DNA from: Gemmatimonadaceae bacterium
Lineage (GTDB): Bacteria > Gemmatimonadota > Gemmatimonadetes > Gemmatimonadales > Gemmatimonadaceae
Assembly (NCBI GenBank): GCA_031372205.1
Contig: JANMKU010000431.1
Span: 4,185 to 68,184 of the forward strand
Length of the DNA stretch: 64,000 nt
Reading direction: 5' to 3'
A model generated the notes under the pieces. The model was not told where the DNA came from. It did no database searches and saw only the letters and a program-made list of their open reading frames with translations. The position numbers and the translations under genes were made by a program. Shown one piece after another: positions 45,006 through 56,000 of this stretch (positions within the stretch are counted from its first letter, which is position 1; the number at the start of each line of letters is the position of its first letter).

Positions 45006-46622
45006 TCACCACGTCCGGCATCGGCTATCGGGAACAGTCGTGACACGCCGCCAGAGATAGGCATCGATATCGGGAGCCGGTGGCATACCGACAGCCGCCG
45101 CGCGCGCTGCGTTCGATCCCAGATAGCGACCCTGTATTTTCGCCGGACGAAGCTCGAAACACGGTCCAAATGCGTTCGGCGCGGGCACGATGTCTTTTCC
45201 GCGTACGACGACTGAATCGAACAATTGTCGCGCTGACGGCCCGGCCGCCTTCACAAGCGAGTCGACCAACTCGTCCGGCGTAAACCACCCCGGTTGTCCC
45301 CCTTGTCTCGCCTGCACGCCGCCGTCCGCGCCGCCAAGTGTTCGCGCGCGCGTGATGAGCGGGAGCATGACATTGTCGAGCGTGCGCTTTCCTTTGCTTG
45401 CGGCGCGAATGCGCGCGTCCATCTCCGCCCAGAACAACGTGCCGCGCTCATACGAGATGTTCTGCGCCATAACGTCGGTGAGCGGATTGTTCATGGCCAC
45501 AGAGTCCGCGGGCATATTCTTTCGCGGATTCGTGTAGTAGTTGCGCGTCTGCGTGTTCATCTCCGCCAGCACGAGCTCAGGCGACGCCAGACCGGAACGC
45601 AGCGCAAGTGAAATGGCGTAGTACTCGTTCAACCCTTCGCTGAACCAGTTGTTGGACGGACCACCTCCGCCCGGGTTCTGCAGTCCGCGAATGAACAGAT
45701 GTCCCGTCTCGTGGGCCAGCAGCAGCAGCGGACCCACGTCACTGGTGTCATACGGCGCGGCCAGCGCATTGAAGATGAAGTGATTCGTGAGTGCAGTCCC
45801 GCCGTAGGCCGGCGGCGGCAGCATGCGGCCCATCACCCGATATCGTCGCGGGCTCGTCTCGCCGTGAAACTTGCGCATGTATTCATACATCGATGCGACC
45901 CACGCCATGTCGCGCGTCGCATCCCACCGCGTCGTGCCGTGCCAGTACGCCGCGAATCCATCGCGATCTCCCTTGGCCGGATAGCGGTGAAGTGGCCCCG
46001 CCATGAAAAAGTTCTGGGCAAGCGTCTGGATCGGCGCGTGCACATCGTTGTCGTCGGTCAGTCCCGATGTGGTAATCGAACCGGCAGCAAGGTCACTCAG
46101 ATCCCAACGAAAACGGCCAGCATAATTGACGCCATCGGTTGGCACTACGAAGATGCCGCTCCCCTGGCCACTCACTGCACCGTCCGCGGTACGCAACATG
46201 GGCGACGGATTGGTGCGCGTGCCGGGCGGCCACATGCGCGCCTTGAACGTGATGGTCACGGGATAGGCAACGGGACGCTGGGCACGCCACGGCCGACCAC
46301 CACCGCTGTCAGTGAGCATGGGAACCGGTCCCAGGGCGTCGACCATTTCCACCACTTCGAGGCCGGCCGGAGGCGCACCCGGCGGTGGTCCCGGTACCTG
46401 AACGGCAAAATTCGCGTTCGTCACGCCGGGACTTCGCGTGAACACCGCGTGCACCTCGGCGTACTGCACATCGGGAGACCCGTTGCGCACCGGGCGCACG
46501 ACGATGTCAGCGGTTGCCGCAGCGTCAATGACGGGTGGCGTACCTCGGCCGCGCTGCGCTGCAGCCGGTGTCGCGAGAATCGCGCCACATAACAGGTGTC
46601 TGACAACAGATGGAATGCGCAT
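45006..46622 (-). CDS. secreted gluzincin metallopeptidase (M1/M61-like), copy B (paralogue of 40974..42593)
   Basis: Signal 'VVRHLLCGAILATPAAAQ' and 'LLLAHETGHLFIRGL...NNWFSEGLNEYYA'. Long blocks are identical to copy A, for example 'RFRWDLSDLAAGSITTSGLTDDNDV'. The start is placed at ATG 46622. Confidence 0.8.
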   Translation of the reverse strand: MRIPSVVRHLLCGAILATPAAAQRGRGTPPVIDAAATADIVVRPVRNGSPDVQYAEVHAVFTRSPGVTNANFAVQVPGPPPGAPPAGLEVVEMVDALGPVPMLTDSGGGRPWRAQRPVAYPVTITFKARMWPPGTRTNPSPMLRTADGAVSGQGSGIFVVPTDGVNYAGRFRWDLSDLAAGSITTSGLTDDNDVHAPIQTLAQNFFMAGPLHRYPAKGDRDGFAAYWHGTTRWDATRDMAWVASMYEYMRKFHGETSPRRYRVMGRMLPPPAYGGTALTNHFIFNALAAPYDTSDVGPLLLLAHETGHLFIRGLQNPGGGGPSNNWFSEGLNEYYAISLALRSGLASPELVLAEMNTQTRNYYTNPRKNMPADSVAMNNPLTDVMAQNISYERGTLFWAEMDARIRAASKGKRTLDNVMLPLITRARTLGGADGGVQARQGGQPGWFTPDELVDSLVKAAGPSARQLFDSVVVRGKDIVPAPNAFGPCFELRPAKIQGRYLGSNAARAAAVGMPPAPDIDAYLWRRVTTVPDSRCRTW

Positions 46623-46806
46623 CTCGATGATCCCGGTGAGCAAGCTCGCGTCGCGCTCGATTTGTGCGCCAGCTGATCAAGGTAAGCATTTGCGTTTCCT
46701 CGTGGATTGCTTGCAATATCCTAATTGCCACCCAGCGGCCGCCGTCGCTGCCCAACCATGCGGCGCCAGGTCGCCGCACAAATCACTGCTAGACGAGGAG
46801 GACCGG

Positions 46807-49422
46807 ATGGAGTTTCTCGGCCTTGCTTCGGTTGCGATTCGCCACCGGAACGTGCATGCGGCGCTCTGCGCTACGCTGTTGCTGTTGCCGCGTTATTCCA
46901 GTGCGCAGGGAACGCTCGAGGACTATCGCCGGGCGGCCACCATCGGCCAGCGGTTCGCGAATCTCACCACGGGCCTGGTACAGGCAGAGGCCTGGATCGG
47001 GCAAACGAATCAGGCGGTGTACCGAGTCACGGTACCGGGCGGCGCACAGTTCGTGCGCGTCGATGCCGATCAGTGGACGAAGCAGCCGGCCTTTGATCAT
47101 GCGGCCATTGCGAGAAGTCTCTCGACGGTCGCCAGTCAGCAGTATACCGCGATCACGCTCCCATTCGCTGCAATTTCCGTTGTAGAAAATGGTGCGGCGT
47201 TTGAGGGTGACGCGACCGGATCGCGCTATCGCTGCATGATCGCGACGTCGTCGTGCTCGCGGGTGAGCGGAGCATCGACAACAGCAGGAGGCCAAGGAGG
47301 TGGAGGCGGCGGCGGTGGACGCGGACAGGGCCCCAGCGCCCCGCGATGCACCGGACAGGCGCCCCTGCCGCCTGGCCAGCGTGTGACCGACGTATTCTCG
47401 CCGGATTGTCGGACGGTCGCATTTATTCAGAACTACAACGTGGCGATTCGGCCGGCGCCAGCTCCCGCCGCAACGGGTGGCGGACGCGGTGGACGTGGCG
47501 GCGGAGGCACCGGCGGCGGCGGCGGTGCAGCAGCCAGCTTTACGTCGCTCAGTACCGATGGCTCCGAAGGCGATGCGTATCTAGCCACTTCGATTGAGTG
47601 GTCGCCTGACTCGAAGAAGCTGGTGGCCTATCGGCAGAAGGCCGGCTACAACCGCGTCCCCCAGTACATCCAGTCGTCCCCGACCGACCAGGTCCAGCCA
47701 AAACTCGTACCATACGGTCAGGTGCCTGGAAACTTCGGCGGCGGCATTTATCGCAAGGCTGGTGACATACTCGATTCGAATCAACCGGCACTCTTTGACA
47801 TCGACACGAAACGCCAGATCCTGATCGACCGATCGCTCTTCCCGAATCCCTATGCGATCTCGCGCCCCGTGTGGCGCAAGGACAACGGCGCGTATTCGTT
47901 TCAGTACAACGAGCGCGGTCACATGATCTACCGGGTGCTCGAGGTCGACGCATCGACGGGTGCCGTGCGTCCGATGGTGGACGAAGTGACCAAGAGTTTC
48001 TTCATGTATAGCGACCGGGGACACAACGTCGCCTACGATGTTGAGGCGAACTGTCGACTAGCGCAGGGCGGCGGTTGTGCGACGTACGCTGGCGGTGAAC
48101 TGGTGTGGGCGTCGGAGCGCGACGGATGGAACCACCTCTATCTGTTCGATGGCAAAACGGGCCGCATAAAGAATCAGATTACGAAGGGCGAGTGGGTTGT
48201 GCGCGGCGTTGACAGTGTGGATGTCGCCAACCGTCAGATCTATTTCCGCGCCGGCGGAATGAGTGCGACGCAGGATCCGTACTTTATTCACTACTATCGC
48301 ATCAGCTTCGACGGCACGGGCCTCGTCGCGTACACTGAGGCAGACGGGTCGCACACGGTCACGTGGTCGCCCGATCACCAGTACTACATCGATTCCTATT
48401 CGCGCGTCGATTTGCCGACGGTCGTGGAGTTGAAACGCACGAGCGATCGCCGCACGCTGGCACTGGAAAAGGGTGACATGACGGCGGCAATCAAAGCCGG
48501 ATTCCGTCCACCTGAAGTTGTCGTATCAAAAGCGCGAGACGGGAAGAGCGACATCTGGGGCATCGTTGTCCGACCCGTCACGTTCGATCCCAAAAAGAAG
48601 TATCCGGTCATCGAGCAGATCTACGCCGGACCGCACGACTCATTCGTGCCGAAGACATGGGGTGGTGGTCAGAATCTGCAATCGCTCGCGGAAATTGGTT
48701 TCGTGGTCGTGCAGATTGATGGCATGGGCACGAGCAATCGTTCGAAGGCGTTCCACGATGTCGCGTGGAAGAACATTGCCGACGCCGGATTTCCCGACCG
48801 CATTCTCTGGCACCAGGCGGTGAACAAGAAATATCCGTGGTATGACATCACGCGCGTCGGCATCTACGGCACGTCAGCGGGAGGACAGAACGCCGCTGGC
48901 GCGGTGTTCTTCCATCCAGAGTTCTATGACGTCGCGGTGGCGAACTCTGGTTGCCACGACAACCGCATGGACAAGATCTGGTGGAACGAGGCGTGGATGG
49001 GTGAGATGGGTCCGCACTACGAGTCCAACTCCAATGTGACGGCCGCGAAAAATCTAAAAGGCCATCTCTACCTGACCGTCGGTGAGATGGACACGAACGT
49101 CGATCCATCATCGACGATGCAGGTCGCTAACGCACTGATTGCGGCGGGCAAGGACTTCGATCTGCTCGTGGTCCCGAACGGCGGCCACGGAGCTACTGGC
49201 CCGGACGGCACTCGGCGACGCAACGACTTCTTCGTTCGCTGGCTGATGGGGGTGAATCCGCCCGACTGGAATTCGGGAATCTCACTTCGCGCGAGTGGTG
49301 CAGAAAACGGGGGAACCGGTACTGGCGGAGGCGCTTTCGATTTCCCGAGCGACGAGCCGCCACCACGTGGCTTCTTCGACGACGATCCGAGTTTCACGTA
49401 CCCGATGTTCTGGTGGTACTGA
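46807..49422 (+). CDS. dipeptidyl-peptidase IV family (S9B) serine peptidase with Gly-rich insertions
   Basis: DPPIV N-terminal propeller ('EWSPDSKKLVAYRQ'), nucleophile elbow 'IYGTSAGGQNA', and 'GEMDTNVD...VPNGGHG' (Asp/His). ATG 46807 follows GAGGAGGA. The signal is 'ALCATLLLLPRYSSAQG'. Confidence 0.88.
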   Translation: MEFLGLASVAIRHRNVHAALCATLLLLPRYSSAQGTLEDYRRAATIGQRFANLTTGLVQAEAWIGQTNQAVYRVTVPGGAQFVRVDADQWTKQPAFDHAAIARSLSTVASQQYTAITLPFAAISVVENGAAFEGDATGSRYRCMIATSSCSRVSGASTTAGGQGGGGGGGGRGQGPSAPRCTGQAPLPPGQRVTDVFSPDCRTVAFIQNYNVAIRPAPAPAATGGGRGGRGGGGTGGGGGAAASFTSLSTDGSEGDAYLATSIEWSPDSKKLVAYRQKAGYNRVPQYIQSSPTDQVQPKLVPYGQVPGNFGGGIYRKAGDILDSNQPALFDIDTKRQILIDRSLFPNPYAISRPVWRKDNGAYSFQYNERGHMIYRVLEVDASTGAVRPMVDEVTKSFFMYSDRGHNVAYDVEANCRLAQGGGCATYAGGELVWASERDGWNHLYLFDGKTGRIKNQITKGEWVVRGVDSVDVANRQIYFRAGGMSATQDPYFIHYYRISFDGTGLVAYTEADGSHTVTWSPDHQYYIDSYSRVDLPTVVELKRTSDRRTLALEKGDMTAAIKAGFRPPEVVVSKARDGKSDIWGIVVRPVTFDPKKKYPVIEQIYAGPHDSFVPKTWGGGQNLQSLAEIGFVVVQIDGMGTSNRSKAFHDVAWKNIADAGFPDRILWHQAVNKKYPWYDITRVGIYGTSAGGQNAAGAVFFHPEFYDVAVANSGCHDNRMDKIWWNEAWMGEMGPHYESNSNVTAAKNLKGHLYLTVGEMDTNVDPSSTMQVANALIAAGKDFDLLVVPNGGHGATGPDGTRRRNDFFVRWLMGVNPPDWNSGISLRASGAENGGTGTGGGAFDFPSDEPPPRGFFDDDPSFTYPMFWWY

Positions 49423-49466
49423 CCTTCTTGCTCGCGCCGCATACATCACGCGACTGCGCGTATCGC

Positions 49467-50175
49467 TCAACCAAGCAGTCGACGACGCGTTTCGGCGGTG
49501 GTGGCCGCGACCACAAGACCGACTGCGGTGAGCACGTCGTGTCGGCCTGACACGCGCCAGGCAGACTCGAGCGCGTCGTCGCGGGCGGCGTCCAGTCGGT
49601 CGCAGACATCGGCCACGAGCTCCCTGGCGAGCGCTGGCGTGAGACCAAACGAGCGCGCGGCTTTCACCAGTGCTTCCGGATGGAGCGCCGCCAAGTGCGG
49701 CGCACCCGCGAAGAGCAGCGGAAGCGCCGTGTAAAGGTCCTTGTAGGACCAAGGCCGACGGTGCGAATGCGGCACGGACATCGGCTGCCGAGGACAGACG
49801 GTACGTCGGCACGTCGGGTGGTTTCTGGCCGTTGGGCCACAGCGAGAGAGCACCAGCGCACTCCCCGCCGAAAATCCCCAGCAGACCGACCACGTCCGTG
49901 GAGGCCCGATGCACGTGGGCGGCGAGGAGGTCGCGGAGTTCGCCATCGGGCAGGAGGTTCTCGAAGCACGGGAGCGACTGGTGCTCCGGGTATGGTTCGG
50001 CGCGCACAGGCAGGCGGACACTGACCGCTGCCGTCTGGTCGCCCAGCACGCTGGGGTCGTAGGTAAAGGTGCCTGGGGTGCCTCGGTGTACTGGGCCGGC
50101 AAGCGTGCCAACGCGCCGCCTATCCAGGTACACGGCGACGTGGTCGGCCGCGCGATCGGTGGTCGGGGCCGTCAT
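49467..50175 (-). pseudogene. hipA: hipA-like toxin kinase remnant (N-terminal domain plus out-of-frame C-terminal fragment, kinase core missing)
   Basis: The frame starting at 50175 reads 'VAVYLDRRRVGTL...FTYDPS...FENLLPDGELRDLL...FGGECAGALSL', a HipA N-terminal domain. After about 49750 only the frame ending at 49467 is protein-like ('ALVKAARSFGLTPALARELVADVCDRLDAA', HipA C-terminal helix region). The total of about 236 codons compares with roughly 430 for an intact HipA. Confidence 0.5.
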
Positions 50176-50250
50176 GGGGCATTACCCTTGCCTATATCGG
50201 TTAGATACAACCGTATATGCAACATCGGTCTAAGTATAGAAATTCGACGC

Positions 50251-53004
50251 TTATGACTTCGCGTCTGCCAACGCCTTGACCACAACAGCCAGTGCCCGCA
50301 CACGCGCCCCATCACTCGCGCTGCTCGCCTCGCGCATGATCTGTGCGGCGAGCTTCTCGAGCGATGAGCGACGTTGCGCACGACCGAGTGGCTCCGTGCG
50401 ATCGAGCTCCCGACCGATTGCCTGACGACGATCTGCGGGCAGTCCATCATTGCGCGCCAGCTGATCAAGATACGCGCGCGCCACCGGGTAGGCCGCCGGC
50501 CACACGATTCTCGGTTGCGTTTGCGGATTGAATACATCGTAGCGAACGAGACGTGCCGCATCGATCTCATGCTGCGACAGGTGTTCGCTTGGCGTGAGTG
50601 ACAACATGTCGATGCCGCGCGCGATCTCGGAACTGATGATGTGGCCGTTGTACCAGTACGCGCCCCACGATCCGGCAAAGGACATGAGCTTGGTCGAGTC
50701 CATCGGGCCCCGATCAAAGTACGCGATCTCTTTCGGGTGCACCGCGTCGGTGAAATCGACGACAGAAACGCCGCCCTGATACCAAGCCTGCACCAGAATG
50801 TCGCGGCCCGGTACCGGAATGAGTGACCCGTTGTGCGCCACGCAATTCTCTTCGCCAGTCTGCGCGACGGGCAGCTTGTAGTAACTCGCTGATGTGAGCG
50901 TATACCCAGAGAGTGTGTAGATCGCGTTAGCGCCCCATTCAGGTTTGTCCGTCGCTCGGCAACGCGCCGCCTGGCCGCCGCCCCATTCGTCGGTGAACAC
51001 CACCGTCGTGCCGTCGTTGTTGAACGTGGCCGAGTGCCAGTACGCAAAATTCGCGTCGGACACGGCAGCAACACGCCGTGGGGCTGACGGTGTTCGGATA
51101 TCAATCAGGATGCCGTTGCCAGAACACGCGCCGGCGGCAAGACCAATCGCCGAGTAGACGGTGATGTCGTGGCACTGGTCGGTGATTTGGGTGGTCTGCG
51201 TGCCTTCCCCGTGGTTTCCCCCCATCCACAGCCCTGCAAGCCTGCCGGAGTCGGCAAACATGCGCGGAGAACTGATCACCCGGGCCGTCTGTGGCGCAGC
51301 CAGAGGCACCTTGATCACGTCGATGCGAAACAGTGACGTGCTGGAGTCTTTGTCAGCTGGCTGGCCCGAGCATCCCGCCAACTCGTTGGGCGACCTGACC
51401 GCGAACGTGCCCGATGCGTAGAGGTACACATTGGCTTTGTCGTTCGGATCTACGACGAGCGTTTGCGTGTGCGCTCCGCGACAGGTTTGTATTGTGGCAA
51501 TCTGCCTCGGATGATCGACGTCGCTGATGTCAAAGATGCGAACACCTTTGAAGCGCTCCTTGCTCACTGAGTCGCGCACGCCCTGCGTTCCGCAATCGAC
51601 GCGACCGTTGGGCATTTCCGCCGCAAAGAATAGCAGGTTCCCATAGATGGATGGATCCATCTGGCCGCCTGGGCAGACGAACGTCGTGCGGAGTTTGAGC
51701 GACTTCGGATTTGTGGTGTCCCAAACTTGGAAACCGTGAAAGTTGCCCTGCACAATGAAATTCCTGGCAAACGCCAGGTCGGCATTGATCACCTGCAGGT
51801 CGTTGGGATTCGCGGGGTTAAAGAAACCCGCCGGTCGCGCCGTCGAAGACACGAGATCCATGTTCCAGATCGCCTGCTCGGCATTCATCCAACCGGCGCG
51901 CAGTGTGGCCCGCGGATCCGGCTGTGGAAGCCCCTTCAGAAACTCGGCGAGATAGCGCTTCCAGATGGCCGGTACGGAGTGCGTGGCATGCCCGCGTGTC
52001 TCGTCGGTGATGGGAAGCAACACATACCGACCATGCCGTACCCGCGGCATGAGCTGCTCCATGAGCCCAAGCTCGGGCGGATTGATGAAATCGTCGGCGG
52101 AGTTAATCGCCAAGACAGGCGTCGTGATCTTCTCGAGATCGTGCGACGGATCGTAGTTGCGTGACGCATCCAGCGCATAGATGAGATCATTCGCGTCGAA
52201 CGGGCTTTGCTCGGCGTGCGCAGTACGCATTGCCACGGAGTCGGCGGCGGCACGCGTCGGCGCCTGCTTCTGCATCAGGCGCGGCGATGAGCCCGAAAGA
52301 TTGATGATGGCCGTTGCGGCGCGCAGTCCGGCGATCGGTGGCGTGAGGTAGTTGCCGTCGTTGTACGCCGGGTCGCTCGTCACGTACTCGATCATCAATT
52401 TGCGCGTGAGTCGATTGCGGCCGGCGATCTCGGCCGGCGCACACGCCAGCGGCACCGCGCCATCGATGAAGGTTGGATATCGCTCGATCCACACCCAAGC
52501 ATGCATGCAGCCCATCGACGTGCCGAGCATGAGACGCAAGTGCTCGACGCCAAGCGCTTTGGTGAGCAACTCGTGCTGGGCGAGCACCATGTCGTTGTAC
52601 GTGTACTTCGGAAAACTGGCGCGCATTCCGTCGCTCGGCTTGCTCGACTTGCCGTGCCCAATCGCGTCAGGAATCACGACGTAGTACTTGGCCGTGTCGA
52701 GGAGTTGGCCTGGCCCGAACAGCTCACCAGCGAATGTTCGGTTCGCGAATCCAGCACCCGATCCGGTGGTCCCATGGACGAGAAGAACAGCGTTCCGGAC
52801 AACGCCGGCCGCATCGCGCACTGGTTGGCCGAACGTGTAGTAGTGGACGCGCAACTGAGGCAGCGTTTCACCGGTTTCGAACGCGAAATTCGGAATGGCA
52901 TAGTCGGCGCCGACCGGCGCCTGTGCCGCCGCGACCGACGCGCGGTAGAACAGCAGGGCAACAGCGTGATTCGTCGGGGAGAGACGTTTGGCAATCGAAG
53001 TCAT
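50251..53004 (-). CDS. secreted fusion protein: MetX-like alpha/beta-hydrolase + LVIVD-repeat beta-propeller + helical C-terminal domain
   Basis: Signal 'AVALLFYRASVAAAQA'. 'VLLVHGTTGSG' and 'LMLGTSMGCMHAW' (G-x-S-x-G) resemble homoserine acetyltransferase-type hydrolases. Repeated 'VWDTTNPKSLK' and 'VRIFDISDVDHPRQIA' are LVIVD-type blades. Confidence 0.8.
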   Translation of the reverse strand: MTSIAKRLSPTNHAVALLFYRASVAAAQAPVGADYAIPNFAFETGETLPQLRVHYYTFGQPVRDAAGVVRNAVLLVHGTTGSGAGFANRTFAGELFGPGQLLDTAKYYVVIPDAIGHGKSSKPSDGMRASFPKYTYNDMVLAQHELLTKALGVEHLRLMLGTSMGCMHAWVWIERYPTFIDGAVPLACAPAEIAGRNRLTRKLMIEYVTSDPAYNDGNYLTPPIAGLRAATAIINLSGSSPRLMQKQAPTRAAADSVAMRTAHAEQSPFDANDLIYALDASRNYDPSHDLEKITTPVLAINSADDFINPPELGLMEQLMPRVRHGRYVLLPITDETRGHATHSVPAIWKRYLAEFLKGLPQPDPRATLRAGWMNAEQAIWNMDLVSSTARPAGFFNPANPNDLQVINADLAFARNFIVQGNFHGFQVWDTTNPKSLKLRTTFVCPGGQMDPSIYGNLLFFAAEMPNGRVDCGTQGVRDSVSKERFKGVRIFDISDVDHPRQIATIQTCRGAHTQTLVVDPNDKANVYLYASGTFAVRSPNELAGCSGQPADKDSSTSLFRIDVIKVPLAAPQTARVISSPRMFADSGRLAGLWMGGNHGEGTQTTQITDQCHDITVYSAIGLAAGACSGNGILIDIRTPSAPRRVAAVSDANFAYWHSATFNNDGTTVVFTDEWGGGQAARCRATDKPEWGANAIYTLSGYTLTSASYYKLPVAQTGEENCVAHNGSLIPVPGRDILVQAWYQGGVSVVDFTDAVHPKEIAYFDRGPMDSTKLMSFAGSWGAYWYNGHIISSEIARGIDMLSLTPSEHLSQHEIDAARLVRYDVFNPQTQPRIVWPAAYPVARAYLDQLARNDGLPADRRQAIGRELDRTEPLGRAQRRSSLEKLAAQIMREASSASDGARVRALAVVVKALADAKS

Positions 53005-53009
53005 GATGC

Positions 53010-56000
53010 TCAGTGCACGCGCGTGCGCGCGAGTGGGGGCGTTAGTCCACTTCTGGCAACTAGTGCGTTGACCCGTTCGATGTCCGTCGTGAGCGTACGC
53101 GTCGTTGCCGCCTGAAACGCAGAAGCACGTTGGCGCAATCGCGCGAGCTGCTCGCGCTCGCCCGACGTAACCGGACCAGATACTCCTTCCACACTCGAGA
53201 GCAACCCGCCGATGTCGGTGTTGAGCTTGGGCGACACATGTAGAATGTCCAGCGCCACGGGGTCGCCCTTAGCACCGCCGGTCACGACCGCGGCTTCCAG
53301 CGAATCGACGCGCGCAATCAGCGATTGAATCGCCGCGTCACGAGCGCCAACTGGCGCGTTGAGCGCGCGGGTGGCGAGTGCACGCGCCTGTGCGCGAATA
53401 TCACGCAAGTCGGCGATCGCGCGGTCCAGGTTCGTCGACATCCTTGACAGCGTTGCGACCATGGCCGCGTGCTCACGTTCCGCCGCCGGCGTGCTCGCTG
53501 CGCGTGGATCGGGCACCACCGTCAGTGATTGCGACACCGTCGTCGTACCAAGCGTCGTGCGCACCCGGTATTGGCCAGTCGGCATGCCATGCATGTTCTC
53601 GGCTGACGTGCGCCGTCCACGGAAGTCCCACGCAAACTCATGCAGACCGCGCGCGGTGCCGAGTTGCGCGACATGTCGAACAACGACGCCAGCCGCGTCG
53701 AGAACGTCGAGCTGCAGCGTGTCCGTCGTTGCCAACGTACCACCGAGTGAATAGCGAATGGTCGCCGCGCCGAGTACGCCGCCGGAACGCGCGCTTCCGT
53801 TGAGCCGCGTGGCGTTTTTTGGCTTGAAGAGAAACAGGGGCGCGCTCGCTACCGCGGGCTGCAGCTGACGAAGCGGCGTGATGTCGTCGAGCACCCAGAA
53901 GGCGCGGCCTTCCGTCGCAACGATGAGATCATCATGATGAACCTGTATGTCCGAGATCGGCACGATGGGAACACCATGCTGAAACGATTGCCATGCGCGG
54001 CCGCCGTCGAACGAGATCCAGAGTCCGTGCTCCGTGCCCGCGAAGAGGAGGTCCTTGCGCACAGGGTCTTCGCGAATGACGCGCGCGGGATGGTCACGCG
54101 GGAGCAACGTGGCAAGATCCGTCCAGGTTTTCCCGTAGTCGCGCGTCCGGAAAAAATGCGGCGTGTCCTCGCCCCATTTGCGACGCGAAAACGCGATGTA
54201 CGCGGTGCCGTGCGCGTGCGGTCCCACTTCAATGCTGTACACAAGTCCTTCGCCCCAGCTCGGCGAGGTCACATTGCTCCACGTACGACCGTTGTTGCGT
54301 GTGAGTTGCACCAACCCGTCGTCCGTGCCAACCCAAATGGTGCCCTGCTCGCGCGGCGATTCCACGATGTGCACGATGGTGTTGTAGATCTCTCCGCCCG
54401 CTCCTTCGTGCCAGAACGGCCCACTGCGCCCTTGGTGATCTTTGTCGTTGCGCGTGAGATCTGGTGAGATGGGCGTCCAGTTGAACCCGTTTGTCGAGCG
54501 AAACACCACGTTTGCGCCGTGGTACATCACCGTGGCATCGAACGGCGACCACGTGAGCGGCGCGCTCCAGTTGTATCGGTACGGCAGCTCGAACGACGCA
54601 CTGCCCAGATGTTGACCGCCGGGAAACTCGGTCACCGACCGTTGAATCCCTGTCGTCAGATCGTAGCGGTGGAGCTCACCGAGAAAGCCCGTGGCGAAAA
54701 CGATCTCCGGCTTCTTTGGATCGAATGCGAAGCGCGCAGTCTCACCTCCGGCGAGGGGTGTCCAGTTGGACGTGGTCGCCCTTGCGCCGCTCGTGGCACC
54801 AAGCTCTCGGCTCGGTATCCTGAGCGACGGCCCGTCTTGCTGACCGCCATAGAGGTTGTACGGAAAAAGTTCGTCCGTCTGCACGGCGTAGAACTGGCCA
54901 GTTGGTTGATTCTCGACAGAACTCCAGCTCTCGCCGGCGTCGAACGACACGACCACACCACCATCCGTCGGGAGGATCATATTCTGTCCGTTTGCCGGAT
55001 TGATCCACAGCCGATGATTGTCACTGTGAGGCGACGGTCGCTCGGCATACGTGATTCCGCCGTCGCTGCTTCGGAGCAGTGAGAATCCTGGAGCGAACAC
55101 TACATCAGCGTTTTTGGGATCGACCGTCACGGTGGAGAAATACCAGGGTCGCACTTGCAGCATGCGGTTGCCGCTCATGCGTCGCCAACTGGCGCCGCTA
55201 TCGTCTGATCGATACATGCCGCCGGATTCTGCTTCAACCACCGCGTACACACGACGTGGGTTCGCGGGCGCGACGGCGATGCCGATCCTCCCCATGATTG
55301 CCGGCAGTCCGTTTGTGAGCGGCATCCACGTGTCGCCGCCGTCACTGCTCTTCCAGATGCCTGAGCCGACACCGCCCGAGCGGATCGACCATGGCGTGCG
55401 CTCAAAGTCCCAGAATGTCGCGTACAGCAGTCGAGGGTTCGTTGGATCCATCACCACCTCACTCGCGCCGGCGCTGGGCGAGACGAACAAGATGCGTTGC
55501 CACGTCGCGCCTCCATCCGTGGTGCGATAGACACCGCGATCGTCGCTCGGCCCCCACCGGCTGCCGAGCGCGGCGACATACACAACGTTCGCGTCACTCG
55601 GATGCACGACGACGCGCCCAATCTGTTTGGTCTTTTCGAGTCCAACATGCGTCCACGTCGCACCAGCATCGATGGACTTGTAGACGCCGTCGCCAGTGGA
55701 CGACATCTGGCCACGAACCAGCGCCTCACCGGTGCCGACGTACATGATCGACGGATTGCCCTCGAACACGGCAATGTCGCCGATCGATCCGGTGTTCATG
55801 AATCCGTCGCTGATGTTGCGCCAACGTCCGCCAGCGTCTTCCGTCTTCCACAGACCGCCGCCGGCCGCTCCCATGTAGTAGACACGCGGATTGCCCGGCA
55901 CACCAACCGCCGTGGTCACTCGACCAGCACGATTCGTCGCGATGTTCCGCCATTGAAACGCCTGAAACATCGACGTGTCATACGCCTGACCCGCGGACGG

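Noticed and set aside
49282-49466. C-terminal part of the 297-aa ORF that begins as HipA_N
   Set aside because: Downstream of about 49750 this frame reads as Arg-rich low-complexity sequence ('RPTGRRPRRRARVCLARVRPTRRAHRSRSCGRGHHRR'). It overlaps the DPP-IV 3' end and I treat it as out-of-frame read-through of a pseudogene.
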